Notes under the pieces: generated by a model
What the model was told of the DNA's origin: nothing
Databases searched by the model: none
What the model saw: the letters and a program-made list of their open reading frames with translations, nothing else
In this document: one piece after another, positions 10,631 to 22,702 of the stretch
Layout: every line of letters starts with the position of its first letter
Position numbering within the stretch: the stretch's first letter is position 1
Assembly: GCA_002269645.1 (NCBI GenBank)
Contig: NIVC01000474.1
Location: 33,006 to 97,005, forward strand
From: Macrostomum lignano
Lineage: Eukaryota
Direction: 5' to 3'
Length of the DNA: 64,000 bases
Program-made: the position numbers and the translations under genes

Positions 10631-12093
10631 GATTGCTGCCTTAAGAGCTGCGGATTCTGCGCCTCTCTGGCCTCGGGCCGGGACGGCCCAACGGCCGCTG
10701 TGTTTAGCTCAGCTGGAAGACTTTTGCTGCTTCTTGCTGGCACTGCGCTGCGCTGCGGCCCTACAATCGGCGCCCAGTTTCCGGTGTCGATCGCTCGCCT
10801 ACAGTGTGATAAAAGTCGCATTTATACACTTTATGGATTTATGATTATGAATAATCTATTATTTGAAAAAAACACATTAGTGAGACGCCTAAGCTGCCAG
10901 CCATAGAGTTTGCGATTCCATAGGGATGCTCTCAGTTCAGCAGACTACTTACCTTAGAGAACGCCTCTGTTGTAAAAATCGAAGAGCCGATGCGCTTCTC
11001 CTGAGAGCTCAAGTAAAAAGTTTTCGAAGAAAAATGGAAACCGATGACGAGAATTTGTTGTTAGCGTTGAGCTGTACAAGCATATTAGTGGCAATCAGGG
11101 CTGTTTGTTGTGCCTTTCCGTTTCTGCCTGTCTGCCTGTCCGTCTATGCCTTTTCGTTCCTTCATTTCCATTCTTTTTCGAAGAATCGCCCAGCCACCCC
11201 CGGCTTTCGGCCAGATTTTAGCCGGGCCAACCCAAGCCAACCCCAGGTAAGAGAGTTTTCGACCGGAGCGTGAATGTACATTGCGCCGGACTGGTGTACA
11301 TGGCCACAACGAACTGGCAAATTGCGAGAAGAGTTTAATCTCTTTTCTCTGTCAATTTCGTCTCTGTTTAAATCGGCGTAGAAAATTTCATGAATCCACT
11401 TCCATTCAAGTTTGGCTTCTAAAAACCAGCTCAAGAGGTCGGTCTCTTCTCTCACCTGTCTTACTGTCTCTCTGTCTTATTGTTTATGAAACTTTTTACC
11501 TGCCGCAGCTTTGCATTTCTTTTCAGACTTTGGAATAAAAAGTCGAGTTGGGACTCGCAGCTACAGCTGGACACGACAACAAGTCGTGAAGCTGCCCCCC
11601 CCCCACCCATGTCCTCGACAGAACGGGTTTCGCTCTCCTATGTTATAAAAAAGACTATTTAACGAGTTGAGCTTGTGTGTCTATGATCGTAAGAGACAAA
11701 TGTCGGTGTGTGACGGTCACTATCTAATCAGCGATTTGTTTGACATTTATATACGAACTTAGCCAGTCTGTAAGCTGTTCAAAGTCTGGATCTCCTACGA
11801 TTGCTTTGTGCACGCAATCTGTGTCTTGCGAAGGTAGTATTAATAAATGCGTAATATATTTTCTGAGAAATCCTTTCGTTTCTTGGAAAATAGTTAAAGG
11901 CTGGCATTGCAGCTTAAAGGAAGTTCTCCGTTCTTTAGTATGAAAATATATAGCTCGCGGGAAGTCCTACGAAACAGTGCTATTCTCGTGGCTATATATG
12001 AGTAGATAGTGAGTTCAGGAAAGGAGAAAGGACTTCTCAGTTGACTGACGAGTTGTAAAATGACTACGACCCGGCTTCTTCAAACCGTTCTTT

Positions 12094-12095
<2 letters not shown>

Positions 12096-12176
<81 letters not shown>
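12096..12176. repeat. (TC)n microsatellite
   Basis: Directly visible. Confidence 0.99.
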
Positions 12177-12178
<2 letters not shown>

Positions 12179-12313
12179 AACTCTATGGGCTTAGATATTC
12201 GAAAACATATGCATGTACGTCAGTCCTTAACGAGGGATTTCCCAGTTAGGAGCTATTTTGCGTCCGAGAGTAACTGTTTTTTCAAAGTACTTTTTCTAAA
12301 ACATTATATATGT

Positions 12314-12395
12314 GGTTTACGCCCGATTCGCCGAATCCCGATTTGCCGATTCCCAGCTTGGTTCGGGATCGGGATTCGGCGAATCGGGGGTAAAC
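12314..12395. repeat. Palindromic MITE-like element with about 28 bp arms
   Basis: GGTTTACGCCCGATTCGCCGAATCCCGAT ... ATCGGGATTCGGCGAATCGGGGTAAACC, reverse complements apart from one indel. Confidence 0.75.
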
Positions 12396-12662
12396 CAAAT
12401 ATGTATACATTGGTTTTGATTTGTTTCACTCAAATAAAGTTGTCAATGTTAATTGGTTTTTTAGTATGCCATCTGTTTCCATATATGGGTCACCAAAATT
12501 CTTAAATCGGCTGCTCTGCAGACCCTATTTTGGGCCATAGACAATGAAAGGCAAGGTTTGGAAAAAGCTATATTTGGTTTTGTCAGCCTAACTGAGAATA
12601 AAGCCATCCAAAGTGAGAATCCTGCCTACGCTGACTGCGAAGAGCCTGGCTGCGTGCAGCCT

Positions 12663-13254
12663 TAGTCTATGGGCCATAGACAATAAAGGACAAGCAAAGT
12701 GATAAAAAGCCATCCAATGTGAGAATCCTGCCTACGCTGAATACGAAGGGTCTAGCTGCGTCCAGCCTAGTCTATGAGCCATAGACTATAAAGGACAAGC
12801 AAAGTTTTAAAAAGGCATCCAATGTGAGAATCCTGCCTACGCTGAATACGAAGGGTCTAGCTGCGTCCAGCCTAGTCTATGAGCCATAGACTATAAAGGA
12901 CAAGCAAAGTTTTAAAAAGGCATCCAATGTGAGAATCCTGCCTACGCTGAATACGAAGGGTCTAGCTGCGTCCAGCCTAGTCTATGGGCCATAGACTATA
13001 AAGGACAAGCAAAGTGATAAAAAGCCATCCAATGTGAGAATCCTGCCTACGCTGAATACGAAGGGTCTAGCTGCGTCCAGCCTAGTCTATGAGCCATAGA
13101 CTATAAAGGACAAGCAAAGTGATAAAAAGCCATCCAATGTGAGAATCCTGCCTACGCTGAATACGAAGGGTCTAGCTGCGTCCAGCCTAGTCTATGAGCC
13201 ATAGACTATAAAGGACAAGCAAAGTGATAAAAAGCCATCCAATGTGAGAATCGA
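12663..13254. repeat. 105 bp tandem repeat, about 5.6 copies, inside the left TIR
   Basis: TAGTCTAT recurs at 12663, 12768, 12873, 12978, 13083 and 13188. Confidence 0.95.
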
Positions 13255-13404
13255 TCGCTTTTTCTCTTTCCCCCAGCTCTCTCCACTCCTCCAAGCGCAA
13301 CTCCTCCATCACTGCTTCTCCATCACCCACAGTCTCGTTGCTTTCTTGCCTATTTATCCAACACTTAGAATTAACAGAGTTCAGTCTTCACCACTGCAAT
13401 AAAA

Positions 13405-14529
13405 ATGCCCGCCTCATCTGTGGACCGCCAGCGACTCATTGCGGCCATTGAAAATGGAAGCTCACTAAGGGAAGCAGCAGCTGTCCTGCAACTGCCTGTC
13501 TCAACTGCCTATAGAATTGCCCGTCAGCATCGCCTAGAAGGAAGAACTGAGGCGCTTCCTCGCGGTGGTCAACGACTTCTTAAAGTTGATGATGAAATGC
13601 GGCAATTTCTGAACCAGAAGCTGCAAGAGAACCCCTTCCTAACGTTAAAAGAGATGGCCAGCTGCATGGCTGCACAGTTTCCGGAGAAGCCTCAAGTAGG
13701 GTACAAGACGGTCGATCGGATGCTCCAAGGGATGCTATACACCCTGAAGCTCGGAACGAAGGGCAGTGACACCAGAGCGAGCTGCAATCTGCCTGAAAAC
13801 ATCGAGGCCCGGAGAGAACATGCCAACTTCATGCTGCACCTTGACGCCTCCGTACACATCGTCTATTTGGACGAAACTGGATTCAACTTGTGGCTACGGC
13901 GATCGCAAGGCCGTGCTATCAGGGGTCGCCCTGTTAAGCGGACTGTGACGACACAAAGAGGCCCAAACGTGACCGTCTGCATGGCTATCTGCGCAGAGTT
14001 TGGCCTGGTGCACTCGACCGTGCAGCGGGGTGGTCAGACGCTGGTTCGCTTCCAGGAGTTCATCAACTTCTTGGCAGAGCGATGCAATGAGCTCGATGCC
14101 GATGGAAGCTGGCTGGTTGTGATGGACGGCCCGCACTTCCACAGGGGAGCCAGGGTGCCGGAGCAACTACAAGAGAAGATCTCGATTCGCATCCTGCCGC
14201 GATACTCACCCTTCCTCAACCCATCGGAACTGGCCAACAGTGCGCTGAAGGCACAGATCAAAAGCTGCTTGGCAGACGCTGGACTAGTCAACGAGGAGGC
14301 CGTTGCTCCAGATGGCGTCAACCAAGAGGAGTGGCGATTCATGCTGTTAGAGAGGGAGGCGCGCGAAGCGATTGACGACACAGTCACTGCTGGGAAGGCT
14401 GCCGCGTGGGACCTGCATTGCAGACGACTCTTTGGGCAGTGCATTGAGGGACAGCTATTTAACTCTTTACTTCCTGTTTCCGTTATTCCGTTAAAGCTAT
14501 TGGCTAGTCATATGGCTCAGAAGGTATAA
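13405..14529 (+). CDS. IS630/Tc1-like DDE transposase, 374 aa, intact
   Basis: N-terminal HTH-like segment (SLREAAAVLQLPVSTAYRI); catalytic motifs VYLDETGF, VVMDGPHFH, YSPFLNPSE. Confidence 0.93.
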   Translation: MPASSVDRQRLIAAIENGSSLREAAAVLQLPVSTAYRIARQHRLEGRTEALPRGGQRLLKVDDEMRQFLNQKLQENPFLTLKEMASCMAAQFPEKPQVGYKTVDRMLQGMLYTLKLGTKGSDTRASCNLPENIEARREHANFMLHLDASVHIVYLDETGFNLWLRRSQGRAIRGRPVKRTVTTQRGPNVTVCMAICAEFGLVHSTVQRGGQTLVRFQEFINFLAERCNELDADGSWLVVMDGPHFHRGARVPEQLQEKISIRILPRYSPFLNPSELANSALKAQIKSCLADAGLVNEEAVAPDGVNQEEWRFMLLEREAREAIDDTVTAGKAAAWDLHCRRLFGQCIEGQLFNSLLPVSVIPLKLLASHMAQKV

Positions 14530-15891
14530 AAATAAAAGAATACGACGCATAGACCAATCGATTCTCACATTGGATGGCTTTTTATCACTTTGCTTGTCCT
14601 TTATTGTCTATGGCCCATAGACTAAGGCTGCACGCAGCCAGGCCCTTCGCAGTCAGCGTAGGCAGGATTCTCACTTTGGATGGCTTTATTCTCAGTTAGG
14701 CTGACAAAACCAATACTAAACTAGAGTCTGGTTTCAGGTACTTTGAATGTGTAATAAAATTAAATAATACTTTTTTGAAGCTCGTAAATTTTCCATTCAA
14801 GCTATGACTGCATTTCAATTGCTATTTCAGTGAGCTTGAAGCTAAACCCGCAGGCACCGGCGCTAGACAATAAAATAGAATATATAAAAGGCTGCTTCAG
14901 CTGGACCTCTCGCATAAAGCAACAGAATATACTGTGTTATTAAGGCAGTCTGGCTGAGGTGGTTGAGTCAGACCAGCAAGACTGCAGCACACGCACTGCA
15001 CAAACTGCTGTTGTAAGGTCAAAATGTACTTTCTTATCGAAGCCGAAAGCGGAGATTCCGGATAAACATCTAGTAGGGAAGCTGGCGATTCACCCGAAGG
15101 CATCCCTACGACTGGCCACTCTGCCTGCCGCGCATTTTGCACTTTTAGTTTCGGCGAAATACAGCTTGACCGCGTGGTTTCCTGATTTAAGGGGGGGGGG
15201 GCAAGGCGGCAGAATTCGGCAACGATTCGATTTTCGTTTTTCACAAGTTTCTTCCTTTCTAGCTTTTTCCCTGAACCCCCCCCCCCCCCGAGTATGCAGG
15301 CAGGCCAGCATAACTGGGGAAGGTCGCAATCTATAAACGGCAGTAAACGCACCGCATCATAAATTATATAAACCTTTATCAGTCTACTTAAAGTAGCGCA
15401 CAGAGCAGCTACTTTATCCTCTGAAACTTGATACTTTATTTTACTTGTCTTTGCTAAAGCTTTTTCCCGCATTTCTCTGCGTGTGGTCCTCTGGCTTATC
15501 GAAGCCGTCATCCCGGAATCCCCAGCAGTGCATGCGACTTTACCGCGCAGACAGCAGCCCGGATCTGCAGCCGGTCTTGTTTCCTCTCCCGCGGCTGTCG
15601 GCAGCGCCCCCCCCCCAATCCACCCCCGCTTCTTCCACCACCAACTTCATTCCCGCGCCTCCAACTCTTCAAAGCTCCGACTCAAATCCCGTGTGTGCCC
15701 AGTAACCCGAGAAGCTGAATTCTGCCTCATCTGAGCTGCTCTAGAGACTGAAGCTGCAGCAGCAGCAGCCATTGTGCGCTCCACTCAGGCCTCTCCACGC
15801 TTGCTGTTAAGCTCTCATTTCAATTCTGAGCTTTTTTAGCTAAACGCCAAATTCTGGCCAAGGTGGGTTGTTTACATTTCCCAGGCTGGGG

Positions 15892-16606
<715 letters not shown>

Positions 16607-16942
16607 GGCAGAGCACTATAAGTTCAACTGCACTAGCCTTGTCCAATACTTTCAAGGCTAGAAGGTGGCCGAGACCACTCTTGCTAATTCTACGTAAGAA
16701 AACTTGAAATAAGATCTGAAGTGCATCTTAATTAAACGCTCAATAATTGCATGGCATAACCAGTCAATATAGTTTATAAAAAATATAAAAAACGCTTGTA
16801 GACAGACAATTAATGGCAGATAGAAAATTAGTACAATGATAACAGAGAGAAGGAAAACAGGCAGACAGGCAGACAGAAAGTGAGGCCAAAGTGCTAGTCT
16901 GCTGCCTGCCCCCTGCATTGCAGGCATGGAGATGTGGGACCC

Positions 16943-17048
<106 letters not shown>

Positions 17049-17475
17049 GAGACGCAGCGCGGTAGAGCAGAAGGGGGAGCGGGGGTTCCATAGCGGAGAA
17101 GCCTGGAATTCTGAGCCGCTCCACCCAGTCCTAAAGCCAAGGCTGTCTGAACGGGCCACCCCTCTGTCCGCCCAGCCGCCAGTCCGCCCCAGCCTCCGCT
17201 CTCCATCGCCTATAGCAGGTTTTACTCGCTCCGGCAAGCCTTCGCAAACTGAACGCTGCTAAGTAAAAAAGTAAAAAAATAAAGCGGAGAAAAGGGACGG
17301 CGCTATAAACACAGCCTGAGAGAGCGAGTTAGCGAACATTAAGCGGCTGAGAAACACCCCCGAGGGAGCCTTCAATCGTCGCCCCTCACTCGCTTATGAA
17401 GCGGCAAGACGACTCATCAGAGAGCAATAAAATCAGCCAGCGTGCCCGGAGTCCAGCACTGCGTGCCCGAGCAGC

Positions 17476-20154
17476 ATGAGTAGCGGCCAGCGTCGGCGAC
17501 AGGCCTCCGACGGTGCCGAAGAGGCCGCCGTCAGCGCCCGGCTACCGCAGGTGTCGCCGCATCGCGGCCTGCTGACCGGCGCGTCGGTCGAGTCCGCCGG
17601 CGATGATCGTCGCCAGCATCGTCGGCACCGACGTCGCGGCGTCGGAGCGAATCTCAGCGCCACGAAGTTCGACATCATCTACTTGGCCGTTGAGCGCCTC
17701 GGCTTCAGCGTCTGTCCGGATGAGGACTTCGTCACGCCCTACCTGATTTGGAGCGACCTGGGCGTGCCGCCGGACCGAATCTCCGAGCTGCGGGCGCACC
17801 AGCGGATCAACCACTTCCCTGGCATGTCCGAGATCAGCCGCAAGGACCTGTTGAGCCGCAACATGGCCAAGCTGGCGCGGGTGCTGCCTAAAGAGTACAA
17901 ATTCACGCCGAGGACTTGGTGCCTGCCAGGGGAATACAGCAGCTTCCTGCAGCACTCCAGGGAGCTACGCAAGGTCGGGAAGCTGCGCTCCTTCATCTAC
18001 AAGCCGGCTAACGGGGCGATGGGCCACGGGATCAGGATTTATAAGAACGGCGAGCAGGTGCCCTGCAACGGGGTGAGTGGCGGCGGCAACGGCGGCTTCG
18101 ATACCACGGGGCCAGCCATTGTGCAGGAGTACATTGCCAAGCCGCTGCTGATCGACGGCTTCAAATGCGATCTGCGCATCTACGTCCTCGTGACCTCGTG
18201 TGACCCGTTGCGCGTGTACTTTTACAATGACGGTTTGCTTCGACTGAGCACGGAGAAGTATGCCGACCCGCAGAAGTGCGAATCGGACACGCTCTACATG
18301 CACCTGACCAACTACTCGGTTAACAAGCGCAGCGAGAACTACGCCAAGGGCGACGACGACAGCACGGGCAGCAAGCGCTCGATTCGATTCCTCAACGAGT
18401 ACCTGCAGAAGCGCGACTACGACGTGCCGCTGATGTGGCGGAACATCATCGACCTGCTCGTTAAAACGATAATAGCGGTCCAGCCTCACCTGCTGCAGCA
18501 TTACCGCATGTGTCGTCCGGCCTCCCCGCCCGGCTCCGACTCCGTCTGCTTCGAAATCCTCGGCTTCGACGTGCTACTCGACCACAAGCTGAAGCCCTGG
18601 CTGGTCGAGGTCAACCGGTCGCCAAGTTTCGGCGCTGAACAGCCAATCGATCGCCGAGTGAAGCTCGGCGTCCTCGACGAGGCGCTGCGCTTGCTGAACA
18701 TTCGCGCCTCGGATCGGGCGCGGCACGCCAACGCGCAGAAAGTTCAATCGCAGCGCCGGCTAATGCGCGGCCGAAGCAACGGCGCGGAGAACCAGCACCA
18801 GCACCAGCATCTGCAGCAGCTGCAGCGCGAACGCGAGCTCGTCAGGAGGCGCGAGGAGCTTCAGGCCCAGCTGGCCCGGCTCCGACGCGAGGCCGACCGA
18901 GACGAGCACGAGATTCGCACCTGTCGATTATTTCGCCGAATTTTCCCCGGCGACGATCGGGTGAGCCAGGAGCGCTACGTCAAACTGATGTTGGCCGTGT
19001 TCGGCGCGCTGACGCCGGGGCGAGGGGCCGGCAGCGGCGCCGGCACACTGAAGGAGCTCGAAGAGCAGTACAGCTGCGAGCGACCACGGCAGGAGGAGCT
19101 CATGGATCAGCTGGCCCGGTGCGAAGAGCAGCTGCAGCAGCACCAGCAGCCGCCATCGGCTGATGCATCGGGCAAGCTGCAAAACGGCAGGCAGCATCAG
19201 AATCATCGACGACCCTGGCAGAGGCACCACCCACCGCAGTCGGTGCAGCGTCGACAATCGTCGCTGACACTCTCCGCCGACGAAGTTGACGACTCCGCTG
19301 ACGACGACAGCTTCGACGACGACTACAACGACGCGGTCGAGAGCGGTGACCGCCAGACGGAAGCGAAGCTGGAAGCTGAGGGCGCTGATGATGCATCTGG
19401 ACGGTTGCCCAGCGTGTCCTCGACGCCCACGCTGACGACTTCGACGTCGACGACGACGCCCCGACGCCGGCACACGGTGGTGGCAGCTTCCGGTGCCGGC
19501 CGGAGTCGCGGCGTTCAGGCAGACCGCAGTGGCGGCATCGGCACTGGCGACCAGCAGGAAGCGGAGCAGCTCTGCCGGCGGATGCTCGACCAGCTGAACG
19601 AGCTGTGCATCCGGTTTCCCGGAAAGTCGGCGCAGCAAGCGGAGCAAGTTCTGGCCGGGCTGCACCAAAACTGGCGCCAAAACAAAGCTCTCGTGGCTGG
19701 CTACTGGTTGGCGAAGCTGGACGCCGACAAGAGGCGCAAAGTGATCGACATTGTGCGCCAGAATGTGCGCGCCACTCTGTCGCGCTGTTGGCGCAGCGGC
19801 GCCGACCTCGACGAGTCGCGAATTTGCCGATTATTTGACCGAGTGTTCGCCAGGCTGCTGTCCTCGAACGGCCAGGGACTCTGGGCGACGTTCGGCAATT
19901 CCGCCAGCTGGGAGTCGGCCCTGCTCAGAATGCGAGAGCCGCCGAGTCTGCCAGAGCTGGCCTGCTGCCGCCGGGTGGTGCAGCTGTGCCAGGACTGCCT
20001 GCTCACCGTGTTCCTGTTCTCCGGACAGTCAGCTGCTCCGTCGGCTGATGTCGGGGCATCTCCGTCGACACTGTCAAGAGATTCCGGCAGCCAGTTGAAA
20101 CGCGAAAGGCCGAGTCTGTCAGTTGGCTTTACATACAGGGCGTCGCTTGGGTAG
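17476..20154 (+). CDS. TTLL7: Tubulin polyglutamylase, TTLL7-like, single-exon, 892 aa
   Basis: TTL motifs QRINHFPGMSEISRKDLLSRNM, QEYIAKPLLIDGFKCDLRIYVLVTS, HLTNYSVNK, FEILGFDVLLDHKLKPWLVEVNRSPSF. ANLSATKFDII and the C-terminal region resemble TTLL7 as recalled. Confidence 0.9.
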   Translation: MSSGQRRRQASDGAEEAAVSARLPQVSPHRGLLTGASVESAGDDRRQHRRHRRRGVGANLSATKFDIIYLAVERLGFSVCPDEDFVTPYLIWSDLGVPPDRISELRAHQRINHFPGMSEISRKDLLSRNMAKLARVLPKEYKFTPRTWCLPGEYSSFLQHSRELRKVGKLRSFIYKPANGAMGHGIRIYKNGEQVPCNGVSGGGNGGFDTTGPAIVQEYIAKPLLIDGFKCDLRIYVLVTSCDPLRVYFYNDGLLRLSTEKYADPQKCESDTLYMHLTNYSVNKRSENYAKGDDDSTGSKRSIRFLNEYLQKRDYDVPLMWRNIIDLLVKTIIAVQPHLLQHYRMCRPASPPGSDSVCFEILGFDVLLDHKLKPWLVEVNRSPSFGAEQPIDRRVKLGVLDEALRLLNIRASDRARHANAQKVQSQRRLMRGRSNGAENQHQHQHLQQLQRERELVRRREELQAQLARLRREADRDEHEIRTCRLFRRIFPGDDRVSQERYVKLMLAVFGALTPGRGAGSGAGTLKELEEQYSCERPRQEELMDQLARCEEQLQQHQQPPSADASGKLQNGRQHQNHRRPWQRHHPPQSVQRRQSSLTLSADEVDDSADDDSFDDDYNDAVESGDRQTEAKLEAEGADDASGRLPSVSSTPTLTTSTSTTTPRRRHTVVAASGAGRSRGVQADRSGGIGTGDQQEAEQLCRRMLDQLNELCIRFPGKSAQQAEQVLAGLHQNWRQNKALVAGYWLAKLDADKRRKVIDIVRQNVRATLSRCWRSGADLDESRICRLFDRVFARLLSSNGQGLWATFGNSASWESALLRMREPPSLPELACCRRVVQLCQDCLLTVFLFSGQSAAPSADVGASPSTLSRDSGSQLKRERPSLSVGFTYRASLG

Positions 20155-20730
20155 ATGACATTACAGTGTCCCCCTGACATCCGGTTGTGTACCTGACTGC
20201 TTTCTCGACATCCCGATCCCCATTTGCTCCCCTCCCTGACACCCAATTTTTCAAATTCCTGTCTTATAAGATTTGCTATCTATAGATGGATACAGTAAAA
20301 CCGCTTTTGGAGAATCAATATCAGCTATTTTTGCTAACCGAGCGTTTAGATTGAGTCTCGATTATGCTTCACAAATTAACTGATATTGTTGCCATTCAAC
20401 TTTCAATGCTTTCACATTGAGATGTTTTGTGTCATTTTTCAGCAACTTTCTTTCACAAAAGCAAATACAGAGGTGTATACATATACGTTACTTGCTATTT
20501 TTTCACGTTGTTTTCTACAATCTGCTCTGCGGTCATTCATTATTTAGAACAAGTACATGTAGACTTTTAAATTTAAAACCACTAATTATTACTTAGATTT
20601 TGTGTACATGTAAATCTTAGATAAGTTTAAGAAGGTCCCTGGAGTGAAGACGTCAAATTACATGTCACAACAGGCCAAAGTTGTCCTGCTGCTGTTAATG
20701 AAGAACAAGAAAAAATCTTTACTTCCCGGT

Positions 20731-22702
20731 GATTGGACCGGATCAGCAGGCACTTCCGGTTGATAATTCCAGCTGATTGGACCAGATCAGCATGCACTTC
20801 CGGTTGAGAATTCCAGCTGATCGGACCGGATCAGCAGGCACTTCCGGTTGAGAATTCCAGCTGATCGGACCGGATCAGCAGGCACTTCTGGTTGAGAATT
20901 CCAGCTGATCGGACCGGATCAGCAGGCACTTCCGGTTGAGAATTCCAGCTGATTGGACCAGATCAGCAGGCACTTCCGGTTGAGAATTCCAGCTGATCGG
21001 ACCGGATCAGCAGGCACTTCCGGTTGAGAATTCCAGCTGATCGGACCGGATCAGCAGGCACTTCCGGTTGAGAATTCCTGCTGATCGGACCGGATCAGTA
21101 GGCACTTCCGGTTGAGAATTCCTGCTGATCGGACCGGATCAGTAGGCACTTCCGGTTGAGAATTCCTGCTGATCGGACCGGATCAGCAGGCACTTCCGGT
21201 TGAGAATTCCAGCTGATCGGACCGGATCAGCAGGCACTTCCGGTTGAGAATTCCAGTTGATTGGATCGGATTCAGTTGGCACTTCCGGTTGAGAATTCCT
21301 GCTGATCGGACCGGATCAGCAGGTACTTCCGGTTGAGAATTCCAGCTGATCGGACCGGATCAGCAGGCACTTCCGGTTGAGAATTCCAGTTGATTGGATC
21401 GGATTCAGTTGGCATTTCCGGTTGAGAATTCCAGTTGATTGGATCGGATTCAGTTGGCACTTCCGGTTGAGAATTCCAGCTGATTGGATAGGAACAGCTT
21501 GCACTTCCGGTTGAGAATTCCAGCTGATTGGACCAGATCAGCAGGCACTTCCGGTTGAGAATTCCAGCTGATCGGACCGGATCAGCAGGCACTTCCGGTT
21601 GAGAATTCCAGCTGATCGGACCGGATCAGCAGGCACTTCCGGTTGAGAATTCCTGCTGATCGGACCGGATCAGTAGGCACTTCCGGTTGAGAATTCCTGC
21701 TGATCGGACCGGATCAGTAGGCACTTCCGGTTGAGAATTCCTGCTGATCGGACCGGATCAGCAGGCACTTCCGGTTGAGAATTCCAGCTGATCGGACCGG
21801 ATCAGCAGGCACTTCCGGTTGAGAATTCCAGTTGATTGGATCGGATTCAGTTGGCACTTCCGGTTGAGAATTCCTGCTGATCGGACCGGATCAGCAGGCA
21901 CTTCCGGTTGAGAATTCCAGCTGATCGGACCGGATCAGCAGGCACTTCCGGTTGAGAATTCCAGTTGATTGGATCGGATTCAGTTGGCACTTCCGGTTGA
22001 GAATTCCAGTTGATTGGATCGGATTCAGTTGGCACTTCCGGTTGAGAATTCCAGCTGATTGGATAGGAACAGCTTGCACTTCCGGTTGAGAATTCCAGTT
22101 GATTGGATCGGATTCAGTTGGCACTTCCGGTTGAGAATTCCAGCTGATTGAACCGGAACAGCTTGCACTTCCGGTTGAGAATTCCAGCTGATTGGATCGG
22201 AACAGCTTGCACTTCCGGTTGAGAATTCCAGCTGATCGGACCGGATCAGCAGGCACTTCCAGTTGAGAATTCCAGCTGATTGGATAGGAACAGCTTGCAC
22301 TTCCGGTTGAGAATTCCAGTTGATTGGATCGGATTCAGTTGGCACTTCCGGTTGAGAATTCCAGCTGATTGAACCGGAACAGCTTGCACTTCCGGTTGAG
22401 AATTCCAGCTGATTGGATCGGAACAGCTTGCACTTCCGGTTGAGAATTCCAGCTGATTGGATCGGAACAGCTTGCACTTCCGGTTGAGAATTCCAGTTGA
22501 TTGGATCGGATTCAGTTGGCACTTCCGGTTGAGAATTCCAGCTGATTGGACCGGAACAGCTTACACTTCCGGTTGAGAATTCCAGCTGATTGGATCGGAA
22601 CAGCTTGCACTTCCGGTTGAGAATTCCAGCTGATCGGACCGGATCAGCAGGCACTTCCGGTTGGGAATTCCAGCTGATTGGACCGGAACAGCTGGCACTT
22701 CT
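20731..22702. repeat. 44 bp minisatellite, about 45 copies: constant CACTTCCGGTTGAGAATTCC plus a variable hairpin-like half
   Basis: Directly visible; a few variant halves recur (AGCTGATCGGACCGGATCAGCAGG, AGTTGATTGGATCGGATTCAGTTGG, AGCTGATTGGATCGGAACAGCTTG). Confidence 0.97.

Larger units (their letters stand above)
12573..14713 (+). mobile_element. IS630-Tc1-mariner DNA transposon with long TIRs (right TIR 14558-14713; left TIR 12573-13254, expanded by tandem repeats)
   Basis: Right end ...GGCTGACAAAACCAA|TA is the reverse complement of left TA|T|TTGGTTTTGTCAGCC; about 156 bp match; the ends enclose an intact transposase; flanking TA fits a Tc1/mariner target site (exact left end uncertain by 1-2 bp). 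Confidence 0.9.

Noticed and set aside
17433-20246. Minus-strand and alternate-frame ORFs over TTLL7 (and similar ones over AGO, Lon, PPP1R3 and the FN1-like gene)
   Set aside because: Expected shadows of GC-rich coding sequence; no recognisable motifs.
20731-22702. CRISPR-like array (constant part plus variable part)
   Set aside because: The variable halves are a few recurring, mutually related variants rather than unique spacers; no cas genes; eukaryotic context.
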